Positions 9,455 through 18,124 of a stretch of 24,512 nt of DNA are shown one piece after another. Made by a program: the position numbers and the translations under genes. This DNA comes from Verrucomicrobiota bacterium. Its GTDB lineage: Bacteria > Verrucomicrobiota > Verrucomicrobiia > Limisphaerales > CANJSG01. The notes under the pieces were generated by a model, which made no database searches, had not been told where the DNA came from, and was given only the letters and a program-made list of their open reading frames with translations. The stretch is taken from contig JBBQXJ010000073.1 in assembly GCA_038209745.1 (NCBI GenBank), positions 1 through 24,512 of the forward strand, given 5' to 3'. Each line of letters starts with the position of its first letter. Positions within the stretch are counted from its first letter, which is position 1.

Positions 9455-9494
9455 GGCGGCGCTATTTTTGGGAAGCCTTCTCGGGGCTTCCGGA

Positions 9495-9794
9495 TCAACT
9501 GATGGCGATCAGGGAAACGCGCTGGCCTTTGTCGTCGCGGGTGACGCCCATGGCCATCGGATCAAGGACGAGGTGTCCATCGGCGAGGAAGGCGTAGCGG
9601 TGGTGCCCGTGGTTCAGCTCCAGCCGGGTGGACCAGACCTCGTCGGCCCCTTTTTCAAGCGGGTGGACGTTCGGATCCCATTTGTTGAAGTCGCCGACCA
9701 CGCTGACTTTGCGGGCCTGCGGCACGTTGCAGACGAAGTTTTGTTGGCGGGTGTTGCGGTGGGCGCTGTAGGCGTCGGGGCGGGAGATTCTCAT
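9495..9794 (-). CDS. Stand-alone CBM48/AMPK1_CBM (isoamylase early-set) glycogen-binding protein
   Basis: ARKVSVVGDFNKWDP...W...LELNHGHHRYAFLADG..VLDP is the AMPK-beta/CBM48 signature. ATG at 9794 (99 aa) is preferred to the longer ORF-track start, which overlaps the upstream gene. Confidence 0.85.
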   Translation of the reverse strand: MRISRPDAYSAHRNTRQQNFVCNVPQARKVSVVGDFNKWDPNVHPLEKGADEVWSTRLELNHGHHRYAFLADGHLVLDPMAMGVTRDDKGQRVSLIAIS

Positions 9795-9852
9795 GGTAAC
9801 AAACTTGAGAGGTTGGTTTTTTGGGGTGCTGATTTTTGGATCGTCGAATCGG

Positions 9853-10803
9853 TTATTTGAGCAGGCTTTCCAGCAGGACAAGCGCGGAACGTCGCACCTG
9901 TTCAGATTGCAGCTCAAGCTGCCTATATTGGTTGCTCCAGCCTTGGTTCTCGTGGTGCAGCTCGCGCCAATAAGTCTTGAGGACCCTTTCGGTGCGTTCC
10001 ACCTGCTGCATGGCGGAGTTGAGGCTGTCGTGGCCTTCGGGAAGATCGGAGATCTGCCCGACCAAGTAGCGGCTGATCCGCTTTTTTGTCATGACGGCAT
10101 GGAGCAGCATGACGACGGTCTGCTCGTAGGCATACCAGCGTTGGTGGAGCATCTCGCCGAGGAATCCGTGGCGCACCGCGAAGAACTCCGACCGCGGACG
10201 TTCGGTGTAGCCGCGGATCTCCCGGGCTTCGGCCGGGAACCAGTTGTAGAGCAGGGCGAAGGTGCCGTAGGTGTCGATCAACTGCTTGGAGTCGTTGTGA
10301 TCGGTGGCGATCTCGCCGATGCAGATGTCCTGGTCGAGTTCCGCGCAGATCTCGGGGAGATCGTGCAGGTGGCCGAGCACGTCCTTGCCCATGGGGCTGC
10401 TGTAGTTGAAGTCGCCGGGGATCAGCCAATAGACGTCGTCCTTGCCGCCGCGCTCGTAGGCCATGCCGAGGGCGGAATACCACATCTGGCAGGTGTCGAC
10501 GCACCAGGCGTCGAGGATGTCCGAATGTTTCGCCACGACGTTGTCGCGGAACTTGAGATGCCGCGCGCTTTTGGCCATCGCCGCCCGGGTCTTGCAGTCG
10601 ACCACGGTGATCGGGCGGGCGTAGGTGTCCTTGTCGGCGTCCAGCCGGGCCACCAACCCATAGAGGTGTTCCAGATCTTCCAGGTTGGCCGGATGCCGGA
10701 ATGGAAAGGTGATGATCGGATGGATGCGTCCTGTCGTTTCCTTGGACGCGGAATCGGCCCGTGACCGAGATCGCGGCGATGCCTTCTTCGGAGCGGGGTT
10801 CAT
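9853..10803 (-). CDS. Hypothetical protein, possibly a divergent GT-A-fold glycosyltransferase
   Basis: 316 aa, protein-like composition. VYWLIPGDF sits where a DxD-like motif is expected. WFPAEA...RPRSEFFAVRHGFL...WYAYEQTVVMLL...RISRYLVG resembles the C-terminal half of GpgS/mannosylglycerate-synthase-type GT-A enzymes. Confidence is high for the CDS and lower for the function. Confidence 0.7.
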   Translation of the reverse strand: MNPAPKKASPRSRSRADSASKETTGRIHPIITFPFRHPANLEDLEHLYGLVARLDADKDTYARPITVVDCKTRAAMAKSARHLKFRDNVVAKHSDILDAWCVDTCQMWYSALGMAYERGGKDDVYWLIPGDFNYSSPMGKDVLGHLHDLPEICAELDQDICIGEIATDHNDSKQLIDTYGTFALLYNWFPAEAREIRGYTERPRSEFFAVRHGFLGEMLHQRWYAYEQTVVMLLHAVMTKKRISRYLVGQISDLPEGHDSLNSAMQQVERTERVLKTYWRELHHENQGWSNQYRQLELQSEQVRRSALVLLESLLK

Positions 10804-11066
10804 GGAAAGAGCTTCCCTATCGGGCGGTCGGCGGCCAAGAAAATTTTACCGGAACGCCGGGAGACGAATGGTCTGAAGGAATCCCCGGGTCCATACGGGT
10901 CCCTCGATACGGGATGGCGGGATCAAGGATCCATCCGCTTCCCAGGCTCGAACCAAAGCCGACGGATCATCGGGTCGAGGGAGATCGGGACTTGCGGGTC
11001 CCCGTGGGCTGCTCGATGGAACGCCTTGAATGGGCGGCAGACCCTTGGTGCCGGTCGTCCGGCCGC

Positions 11067-12833
11067 TCAGTCCGCGTGGGCGGAAAGTTCGAGGATCCGA
11101 CCGGGCATGGCGTAGGAGCCTTGCCGATTCGTGGGTCGGGAGTATTCGAGGATGTAGACCTTTCCCCTGCCGCTGACGTGGACATCGATCGGTCGTCCGA
11201 GCGGAGCAAGGAAGGTGTGAACCTCGGCCTCGGTCCGGCCCTCGGCGTTTTGACCCAGCTTGATCTGGAGGACGTCGAAGCCTGAATTCTCTTTGACCGA
11301 ATTGATGAAATTCCCGAACCGCGCCATGAGAAACGAGCCCCGATAGCCGGGAGGGAAACCATCGCCCAAGTAGGCGATGCCGGCCGGACTGGAGTGGGGG
11401 TCGAACGTGTAGACCGGTTTGCCGTCGAAGCCGCCGTCCGGGCCGATGTTGGCGATCGGCGGCGTGAACTCCACGCCGGGCGGCGGATCCGGCGAGTGTG
11501 GGTAGGCCTTCTTGGTCCAGTTTGAAAATGTGTAGGGAAACCCGTAGTGCTTGCCGCGCTCGATCAAGTTGAGCTCTTCCGGTGGATCCGCGTCGGGGCC
11601 GTTTTCGGTCGCGATCATTTCGCCGCGGTCGTTCCAGCAGAAGCCGTAGGCGTTGCGAACGCCCTTCGCGAAGATCTCGACGGGAGGATTCTCCAGCTTT
11701 GGATCGAGCCGCCAGATACAGGCGGTGATGGGCGTCTCACCGCCGCCGAACCAGGTTGGGTCGGTGCCGGTCTGTCCTCCGTCGGTGCGGGCTCCGTTGC
11801 CGACATAGAGGAAACCGTCGGGCCCGAAGGCGATGTTCTCGGCGGCGTGGATATAGGCTGGGCTGCCCGGATAATTGGTCGTGAACCACGGTTTTGGATT
11901 CACGGGATCGCCATCGGCAAAGTCCGTCGTGCGGTAGATCGTCACATGGTTCTGAACGGGAGACGTGGAGCTGTCCTGTTGGTTGCCGACGATGTAGAGC
12001 CGCTTCTGCTGGTCCATGGCCATGCCCACGGTGGCGAAGGTCAGGCCGCCGATCTCCTTCCCGTGGACGACCAGATACGACTTCGGCCAGAGCAGCTGCC
12101 GCGTTCCGCCCGTTTCCGTCTCCACGCGGAAGACTTCGCCGTTCTCGGTCAACACGTAGAGCACGCGGCCTGTGCCGTCGCTGGTCAGTCGGACGCCCCG
12201 CTGCGGGAGGCGCACGACTTCGCGCAGCTTGAACCCCTTGGGCGCCGCCGGCAGAGGCGGGTAGACGCTGGCCTCTTGAAGCTTTTCAACCGTCGGAAAC
12301 GCGCTGCGGGCGCGGACCTCCTTCACCACGGCCGGCGAAATCGCGCCTCCGGGATTGCCCCAGCTGTTGAACACGTAGGTGAAGACGTCCGCCACTTCGT
12401 CGTCGGTCAAGATCATGGGCGGCATGGCGCCGCGATACTTTTTTCCGAGCACCGTGATTTCACCGGAGAGACCTTCCACCACTCCCTTGATCGCGCGTTC
12501 CAGATTTTCTGCGAGGAAGTCCGACTTTGCCAGCGGGGGAAAAGCACCGGGAACTCCCTGGCCGTTGAACTGGTGGCAAACGAAGCAGTTGCGGACGAAC
12601 AATTCCCGGCCGTGTTCGACGCGCGGCGCCAGTTCAGCGGGAGGGATGGATTGCGTGGCTACCGGGGACGGGTTCCCGGTTTCCGCGCCGATGATCGGCA
12701 GGGCACACCACACGATCACCGCGAAGAACAGGAGCCGCACGCCCGTGGATCGGCCTCGGGCGGGTGCCGGACGAGGCGGGACGGGCCGGAGCGGGGCGTG
12801 GGCCGAAACGCAGTTCATGAATCGCTCGATCAT
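11067..12833 (-). CDS. Exported fusion: N-terminal mono-heme cytochrome c + glucose/sorbosone dehydrogenase-like (PQQ sGDH family) beta-propeller
   Basis: Hydrophobic signal/TM segment; CFVCH (12573-12587) with distal GAMP Met and GQGVPGAFPPLA; propeller motifs IH...IAFGPDGFLY, GVRNAYG, ENGPD..PEELN, HYGFPY, HSSPAG, GRPIDV. ATGA overlap with the dipeptidase stop; the start could be a few codons downstream. Confidence 0.85.
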   Translation of the reverse strand: MIERFMNCVSAHAPLRPVPPRPAPARGRSTGVRLLFFAVIVWCALPIIGAETGNPSPVATQSIPPAELAPRVEHGRELFVRNCFVCHQFNGQGVPGAFPPLAKSDFLAENLERAIKGVVEGLSGEITVLGKKYRGAMPPMILTDDEVADVFTYVFNSWGNPGGAISPAVVKEVRARSAFPTVEKLQEASVYPPLPAAPKGFKLREVVRLPQRGVRLTSDGTGRVLYVLTENGEVFRVETETGGTRQLLWPKSYLVVHGKEIGGLTFATVGMAMDQQKRLYIVGNQQDSSTSPVQNHVTIYRTTDFADGDPVNPKPWFTTNYPGSPAYIHAAENIAFGPDGFLYVGNGARTDGGQTGTDPTWFGGGETPITACIWRLDPKLENPPVEIFAKGVRNAYGFCWNDRGEMIATENGPDADPPEELNLIERGKHYGFPYTFSNWTKKAYPHSPDPPPGVEFTPPIANIGPDGGFDGKPVYTFDPHSSPAGIAYLGDGFPPGYRGSFLMARFGNFINSVKENSGFDVLQIKLGQNAEGRTEAEVHTFLAPLGRPIDVHVSGRGKVYILEYSRPTNRQGSYAMPGRILELSAHAD

Positions 12834-13927
12834 TGCCAGATTCGCTTCAGGAAGCGGATGAAGTTTCCGTGGGTGATGCCGTCGACGTCGGTCTCGGAAT
12901 AGCCGCGCGCCGCGAGCAGTCCGGGAAGGGCGGCGAGATCGGCGATGGTGTCCAGATCAGCCGGTGTCTGTTCATGGCCGAACGCTCCGTCCAGATCCGA
13001 GCCGATCCCGGCATGGCGTCCGTTGCCGGCGATCTGGCAGACGCGGTCGATGTGGTCCACATACCGTTCGAGCGTCAGGTTGGCCGACTGCGGAGTGGTT
13101 GTCCCCCTCACCCAACCGGGCACGAGCATCCATGCGTCCAGGGCCGCTCCGATCACGGCGTCGCGCGCGATCAGCGCCTTGATCTGCTCGTCGCTGAACT
13201 GCCGCATGTGCGGCACGAGGACGCGGCAGTTCTGATGGCTCGCCCAAACGGGTCCCTGGAACAGATCGAGCGCTTCCCAGAAGCAGTCGTCGCAAAGATG
13301 CGTCGCATCGAGAATGAGCCCGAGCCGGTCCATCTCCTGCAACAACTCCCGGCCCCTGGCGTTGAAGCCGCCGCTGGCGTCGGTGCCGTTGGCGTAGATC
13401 CCCGGTCCGTAATGGGCTGGACCGATGGCGCGCAATCCTTGGTCCCGGGCGCGAGCGAGGTGGTCCAAGGACAAAATGGAATCCGCCCCTTCCAGACTGA
13501 GCACGTAGCCGATGGGAACCTTCTCCGTGTCGTCGGTCGAATGCCAGAGCCCGAGATGCGTCTCCAAGCCGGCCCGGTCGTGGATCGCCACCATCTCGCC
13601 GGCTTCCTCCATCGCGCGATACCAGGCCAGTTGGCCCTGGGTTTGCGCCCAGGCCTGCGCGGGAGAACGCCACCCGGCCACCGGGCTGTAGGCGTTGTGT
13701 TCCACCCGCGCGATGAGCGTCGCGACGCAGAGGCCCACGCCGCCCCGCCGCATTGCCGGAAGCGAAACCGTGCCGTTTCCGCGGTCGGGCCTGTCCTTTT
13801 TCCCCGTCTCGCTCGCGCGCAATTCCTTGATGGGTCGCGTGAGGTCGCGGTTCCATTCCAGCGCGTTCATCGCCAGGTCGAGATGGGCGTCGAAGATGAG
13901 CGGCCGGGCCTTCGGTTCAGACGACAT
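12830..13927 (-). CDS. Membrane dipeptidase family (peptidase M19) amidohydrolase
   Basis: Binuclear-metal motifs FDAHLD, SLEGAD, LDATH, ASHQN, GSDLDG; no signal peptide. Confidence 0.9.
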   Translation of the reverse strand: MSSEPKARPLIFDAHLDLAMNALEWNRDLTRPIKELRASETGKKDRPDRGNGTVSLPAMRRGGVGLCVATLIARVEHNAYSPVAGWRSPAQAWAQTQGQLAWYRAMEEAGEMVAIHDRAGLETHLGLWHSTDDTEKVPIGYVLSLEGADSILSLDHLARARDQGLRAIGPAHYGPGIYANGTDASGGFNARGRELLQEMDRLGLILDATHLCDDCFWEALDLFQGPVWASHQNCRVLVPHMRQFSDEQIKALIARDAVIGAALDAWMLVPGWVRGTTTPQSANLTLERYVDHIDRVCQIAGNGRHAGIGSDLDGAFGHEQTPADLDTIADLAALPGLLAARGYSETDVDGITHGNFIRFLKRIWQ

Positions 13928-15257
13928 AGGAGAGCAGCATCACGAGGCCGAGCGCCACCAGGCCGATACAGGTTTCGAGCACCGTCCACGTCTTGAACGT
14001 CTGCTCCACGGTGAGGTTGAAGCTCTCCTTCACGAACCAGAAACCGCCGTCGTTCACGTGCGAGAGGAACAGCGAGCCCGCGCCCATCGCCAGCACGAGG
14101 AGTTCGCGGTTGACGCCCGGCGTGTTGGCGGCCACCGGCGCCATGATGGCCGAAGCCATCGTGATGGCGACGGTGGCGGATCCCACGGCGACGCGGATCG
14201 CCGCCGCGACACACCAGCCCAGCAGGAGAGGGGAGATCTTCGCATTGTCCACGATGTCCGCGATGGCCGCACCGACCCCGCCGCGGTCCAACATTTTGCT
14301 CAAGCCGCCGCCCGCGCCGACCACCAACAGGATCACCGCCGCGGGGCCGAGGCATTCCTCGAGAAACTTCAGGATCTGCTTTCCTCCGAATCCCCGGGCG
14401 TAGCCGAACGAGTAGATGGAGAGCAACACCGCCAGCAGCATGGCGATGATCGGACTGCCGAAAAAGTTCGCCCATTCCCGCACCGGGGATTCTTTGGCCA
14501 ACGCCAGGTCCGCCAGCGAAGAGAGGAGCATCAGGAAGACCGGCAGCAGGATCGTCAGCAGGGTGAGAGCGAAGCCGGGCGGGCCGTTGGCGGGGACTTT
14601 CTGCGTGGCGCGTTCGCCCAGGTGGCCGAGGTCGACCTTCATCTTGGAGCCGACGATGGAGCCGAAGATCGGTCCGGCGACAATGGCGGTGGGAATGCCG
14701 ACCAGCGCCCCATAGAGAAGGGTTTTGCCGACGTCGGCGCCCATTTGTTCGATGGCGAGCATCGGTCCTGGATGCGGCGGGAGAAAGCCCTGGGAGACGG
14801 AAAGACCGGCCACGAGGGGGATAGCGATCCTCATCACTGGAGTGTCGGTTTCGCGGGCGATCGCATAGACGATGGGCACCAGCAGGACCAGTCCGACGGC
14901 GAACAGCACCGGAACGCCCACCACGAACGCGATGGCCAACATGGCCCACGGCAGCCGCCGTTCCCCGAGGAGACGAACGAAGGTCTGGGCGATGACGTGC
15001 GCTCCTCCGGACTCGGACAGCATCTTGCCGAGCATCATCCCCAGCCCGACGACCACCCCCAGGAATCCGAGCGTGTTTCCGACGCCCTCCTGGAAGGTCT
15101 TCGCGATCGCCGGCAGCTTCATCCCGGAGTGGAGCCCGATGGCGACGGATACCAGCATCAGCCCGAGAAACGGGTGCAGCTTGAACCGGGCGATGAGGAC
15201 GACGAGGCCGATGATCGCACCCAGGGCGAACACGAGCAGGCTGGTTTCGTGGCTCAT
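13917..15257 (-). CDS. GntP/DsdX-family H+ symporter (sugar acid or D-serine type)
   Basis: Polytopic membrane protein with KLHPFL, GKMLSESGGA, FLPPHPGP, RVAVGSATVA, SHVNDGGFW, FKTWT. Confidence 0.92.
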   Translation of the reverse strand: MSHETSLLVFALGAIIGLVVLIARFKLHPFLGLMLVSVAIGLHSGMKLPAIAKTFQEGVGNTLGFLGVVVGLGMMLGKMLSESGGAHVIAQTFVRLLGERRLPWAMLAIAFVVGVPVLFAVGLVLLVPIVYAIARETDTPVMRIAIPLVAGLSVSQGFLPPHPGPMLAIEQMGADVGKTLLYGALVGIPTAIVAGPIFGSIVGSKMKVDLGHLGERATQKVPANGPPGFALTLLTILLPVFLMLLSSLADLALAKESPVREWANFFGSPIIAMLLAVLLSIYSFGYARGFGGKQILKFLEECLGPAAVILLVVGAGGGLSKMLDRGGVGAAIADIVDNAKISPLLLGWCVAAAIRVAVGSATVAITMASAIMAPVAANTPGVNRELLVLAMGAGSLFLSHVNDGGFWFVKESFNLTVEQTFKTWTVLETCIGLVALGLVMLLSYVV

Positions 15258-15266
15258 GAGATGGGG

Positions 15267-16373
15267 CTAGACGGTGATTCGCCGATCCCGCGCGTTGACG
15301 CGCCAGCGGTCGGTCGCCCTGCCTTCGCGGATCACCACCGCTTCCGCGTGGAGCGCGACGGTCGGGCAGATATGGCGGGGGACCGCGTAGAGCCCATCGC
15401 CGACAGAAAATCGCTCGGCCCGGGGACTCTCGATGACGAGGTGTTCCTCGCTGTGGGAAACAGCCACCGCGTCCGGCAGGTTCAAGAACTGCACGCGAGG
15501 CGGCGGGTTTTCGGAGGCGACGGCCTTGTGCCCCAGGTCGAGGCAAAGGCGGTTCACGCCGGGCTTGCTGACGACACGTGTCAACACGACCGCCGCAACG
15601 AGAAAAGCCAGATCCGCGAAGCTTTCGGCATAGCCGAAGTCCCAGAGAACGCAGGTGCCAGGACTGCACTCGAACCCTTCCTCCTTGGCGTGGATCGGAA
15701 ACGTCGGGGTGCCCCCGGCCACGACCCGTGGCACGGGCAGGCCGGCGGCATGGAGTTCGCGGATGAAGGATCTGACAGGCCCAAAGGCGTCGGCGCACCT
15801 GGCGGTCCGTATCGCCAGATCCGGTTCGTGGATGTGACCGTCGTAAACGTGAAGACCTCCCGGTTGGAGTCCCGGCAATTCGCCGATCAACCGATACAGC
15901 CGAATCGCTTCTGCGCCCGTTTCGACGCCCGTCCGGTGCTGTCCGCAGTCGAGGTCGAGCAGCACGGACACCGTGCGCGCCGAACCGGAAAACGTCCTGG
16001 AGAGGTGATGGATGGCGGACGGATCGTCGGCCACGCAGGAAAACGACGTTGCCGGGAAGGCGTTGGCGAGCGCGAGCAACCGCCCGGCGTTCGGGCCGAC
16101 GATCGGATAGGCGATCAGGACATCCGTCGCCCCCGCGGCGGCGGTCATTTCCGCTTCGGCGATGGTGGCGCATTTGAACCTGGTGATGCCCTCTTCGAGT
16201 TGCATTCGCACCAACTCGGCCAGCTTGTGCGTCTTCACGTGGGGCCGGAGCCGCTCCGGGGCGCCGGCGATCCGGATCATCCGGCGGATGTTTTCGCGGA
16301 TGCGATCCTCATAGAGAAGCAACGCGGGGGAGGCGATGGAGTCCGGATTCTGGACTGCGAACCATTCGCTCAT
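15267..16373 (-). CDS. D-threonine aldolase / DSD1-family (fold-type III) PLP- and metal-dependent enzyme
   Basis: PLP lysine motif LRPHVKTHK, CATIAEAE, HRTG, YDGH, GGTPT, SEEH and HICPTVALH metal ligands. Start at ATG 16373 (MSEWF) overlaps the Rid stop (ATGA). Confidence 0.9.
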   Translation of the reverse strand: MSEWFAVQNPDSIASPALLLYEDRIRENIRRMIRIAGAPERLRPHVKTHKLAELVRMQLEEGITRFKCATIAEAEMTAAAGATDVLIAYPIVGPNAGRLLALANAFPATSFSCVADDPSAIHHLSRTFSGSARTVSVLLDLDCGQHRTGVETGAEAIRLYRLIGELPGLQPGGLHVYDGHIHEPDLAIRTARCADAFGPVRSFIRELHAAGLPVPRVVAGGTPTFPIHAKEEGFECSPGTCVLWDFGYAESFADLAFLVAAVVLTRVVSKPGVNRLCLDLGHKAVASENPPPRVQFLNLPDAVAVSHSEEHLVIESPRAERFSVGDGLYAVPRHICPTVALHAEAVVIREGRATDRWRVNARDRRITV

Positions 16374-16831
16374 AGGATTTCGAAGATGGCTTCGATCTCG
16401 ACGGCGATGTTGCCCGGCAGCGAACCCATGCCCACGGCGCTGCGGGCGCCAACGCCACAATCGGGGCCGAACACTTCGCCGAAAAGCTCGCTGCAACCGT
16501 TGATGACCTTCGGATGGTCCTGGAATTCGGGCGTGGCATTGACCATCCCGAGCACTTTGATGACGCGCTTCACCCGGTTCAGACTGCCCAGTTCGTTCCG
16601 GAGGGTCGCGAGGATGGCCAGGCCGACCTGCCGGGCCGCTGTTTTGCCCGCCTCGAGATCGAGATCGGCACCCACCCGACCGGTGATGAGCGATCCATCG
16701 GTCTTCAACGGCCCGTGGCCGGAGACGTAGGCCATGCTGCCGGCGATGACGAGGGGCTTGTAAACGGCGACGGGTTTCGGGGCGGATGGCAGTTGGAGCC
16801 GCAGCTCCTGGATTCGTGTTTCGGCGTCCAT
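16370..16831 (-). CDS. Rid/YjgF/YER057c/UK114-family imine/enamine deaminase (Rid1-like)
   Basis: YVSGHGP, VINGCS, ARSAVGMGSLP (catalytic Arg retained), VEIEAIF. Confidence 0.9.
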   Translation of the reverse strand: MDAETRIQELRLQLPSAPKPVAVYKPLVIAGSMAYVSGHGPLKTDGSLITGRVGADLDLEAGKTAARQVGLAILATLRNELGSLNRVKRVIKVLGMVNATPEFQDHPKVINGCSELFGEVFGPDCGVGARSAVGMGSLPGNIAVEIEAIFEIL

Positions 16832-16964
16832 TGTCTTCGATGCGTCGGGGATCAGTGGGCGTGATCTAGGGGGATGCCCGTTTGGGCGTCGAGCGATTTG
16901 TCAGCGGTATGCCGGCAAAGATTTGAGCCGCCGCCGTGGCTTCGTGGAGCGAATGCCGTCGGAC

Positions 16965-17648
16965 CTAGCGGACGGTGCAGCAGGTAGCCTGGCCCGTGGA
17001 AAGGTCGGGGCTCAGGTAGGGAATACCGAGGGACAGGCCGCGCAGGATGAGGAGCAGGGCGACGAGGGCGAGAGAGCCAGGGATCAGCTTCTGGAGATGA
17101 CGACGGAACGGGGCGAACAGGCTGCGGCCGGTGAGCGAGACGCCGAACATGAGCGGCACGGTGCCGAGGCCGAAGGCGGCCATGTATTCCACGCCGGAGA
17201 GGATGTTGCCGGTGGCGAGCGAGGCCGCAGCGGCGGCATAGACGAGGCCGCAGGGCAGGAGGCCGTTCAACAGGCCGAGCAGCAGCAGCGAGGAGAGGGA
17301 ACGCTGTTGGAGCAGGGAGCCGAGCCGGGCTTTCAGCCAGCCGACGGCGCGCACGATGGGCGGAGTGGTGAGCCGGTTGGAGAGAAAAAGCCCGAGGAGA
17401 ATCGCGAGGCCGGCGCCGATGGAGAGCCAGCGCTGGATCCCGGCCAAGGCGAGGCTGCGGCCGATCAAACCGAAGACGGCGCCGATGACGGCGTAGGTCA
17501 GGATGCGGCCTACATTGTAGGCGAGCCGGCCGGTGATGAAGGAGGTCCAGCCGCGTCCGGGGTGGGGCAGGGCGAGAGCGATGGCGCCGCACATGCCGAC
17601 GCAGTGCAGGCTCCCGACCAATCCCAGCATGAACGCGGTCCAGATCAT
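16965..17648 (-). CDS. DsbD_2 / TauE-SafE-like membrane protein (cbb3 biogenesis accessory)
   Basis: GSLHCVGMCG, YNVGRILTY, NGLLPCGLVY, FGLGT. Start ATG 17648 lies immediately after the ccoH stop. Confidence 0.88.
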   Translation of the reverse strand: MIWTAFMLGLVGSLHCVGMCGAIALALPHPGRGWTSFITGRLAYNVGRILTYAVIGAVFGLIGRSLALAGIQRWLSIGAGLAILLGLFLSNRLTTPPIVRAVGWLKARLGSLLQQRSLSSLLLLGLLNGLLPCGLVYAAAAASLATGNILSGVEYMAAFGLGTVPLMFGVSLTGRSLFAPFRRHLQKLIPGSLALVALLLILRGLSLGIPYLSPDLSTGQATCCTVR

Positions 17649-17649
17649 T

Positions 17650-18120
17650 TCACGCTCCGACGACGATGGATTGATCGAAGAAAAATTCCTCCGCACCGAC
17701 CTTCCACGTGATCCGCACTTTCCAGAGACCGGGACGCAGCTTCGTGGCGTCGATCTTCTGGTCGCCGTCCTTGCCGACGGCCAGAGCCACGTTTTGGTCG
17801 AGGCTGGCATCGGAGGGTCGATAGAGCTGGATGGAGCCGGTTGGGCCTTGGCGGGCGTGTCCGGCCGGAAGGGCTATGTCGATTTCGCCAGCGGCGTAGC
17901 GAACGGATATCTCGCGCTTGACGGAGCGGGTGTGGGCCACGCGGTCGATCTGCTGCTGGAACTTCATCTCCTGGTCGTAGTAGTCGGCGCCGACCAGATC
18001 GACGTGGTTTCTCTGGGCGACGACGAAGAAGCTGAAGATCCCCGTGGCGAAGAGCGCCATCCAGATCATGATGGCGTAGGGCCAGAAGGAGCGGGGCGGC
18101 TTGGGCGCGGGAGTGTTCAT
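17650..18120 (-). CDS. ccoH: FixH/CcoH family cbb3 assembly protein
   Basis: N-terminal TM, DLVGADYYDQEMKFQQQID, LYRPSD, GLWKV; located after ccoG. Confidence 0.88.
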   Translation of the reverse strand: MNTPAPKPPRSFWPYAIMIWMALFATGIFSFFVVAQRNHVDLVGADYYDQEMKFQQQIDRVAHTRSVKREISVRYAAGEIDIALPAGHARQGPTGSIQLYRPSDASLDQNVALAVGKDGDQKIDATKLRPGLWKVRITWKVGAEEFFFDQSIVVGA

Positions 18121-18124
18121 GGAT

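Noticed and set aside
10804..11066. Intergenic region with short CGGGTCC/ATACGGG repeats and small overlapping ORFs
   Set aside because: Repeats are too short and irregular for a CRISPR or tandem array, the ORFs lack protein-like features, and no recognisable ncRNA is present.
13695..16730. 1011-aa + strand ORF
   Set aside because: Antisense shadow of well-supported minus-strand genes in high-GC DNA; no recognisable motifs.
16867..16890. TAGGGGGATGCCC, similar to the 2122 palindrome, upstream of the Rid gene
   Set aside because: Only a partial match and not palindromic. It overlaps a small hairpin (GATGCCC-GTTT-GGGCGTC) and a chance match is likely.
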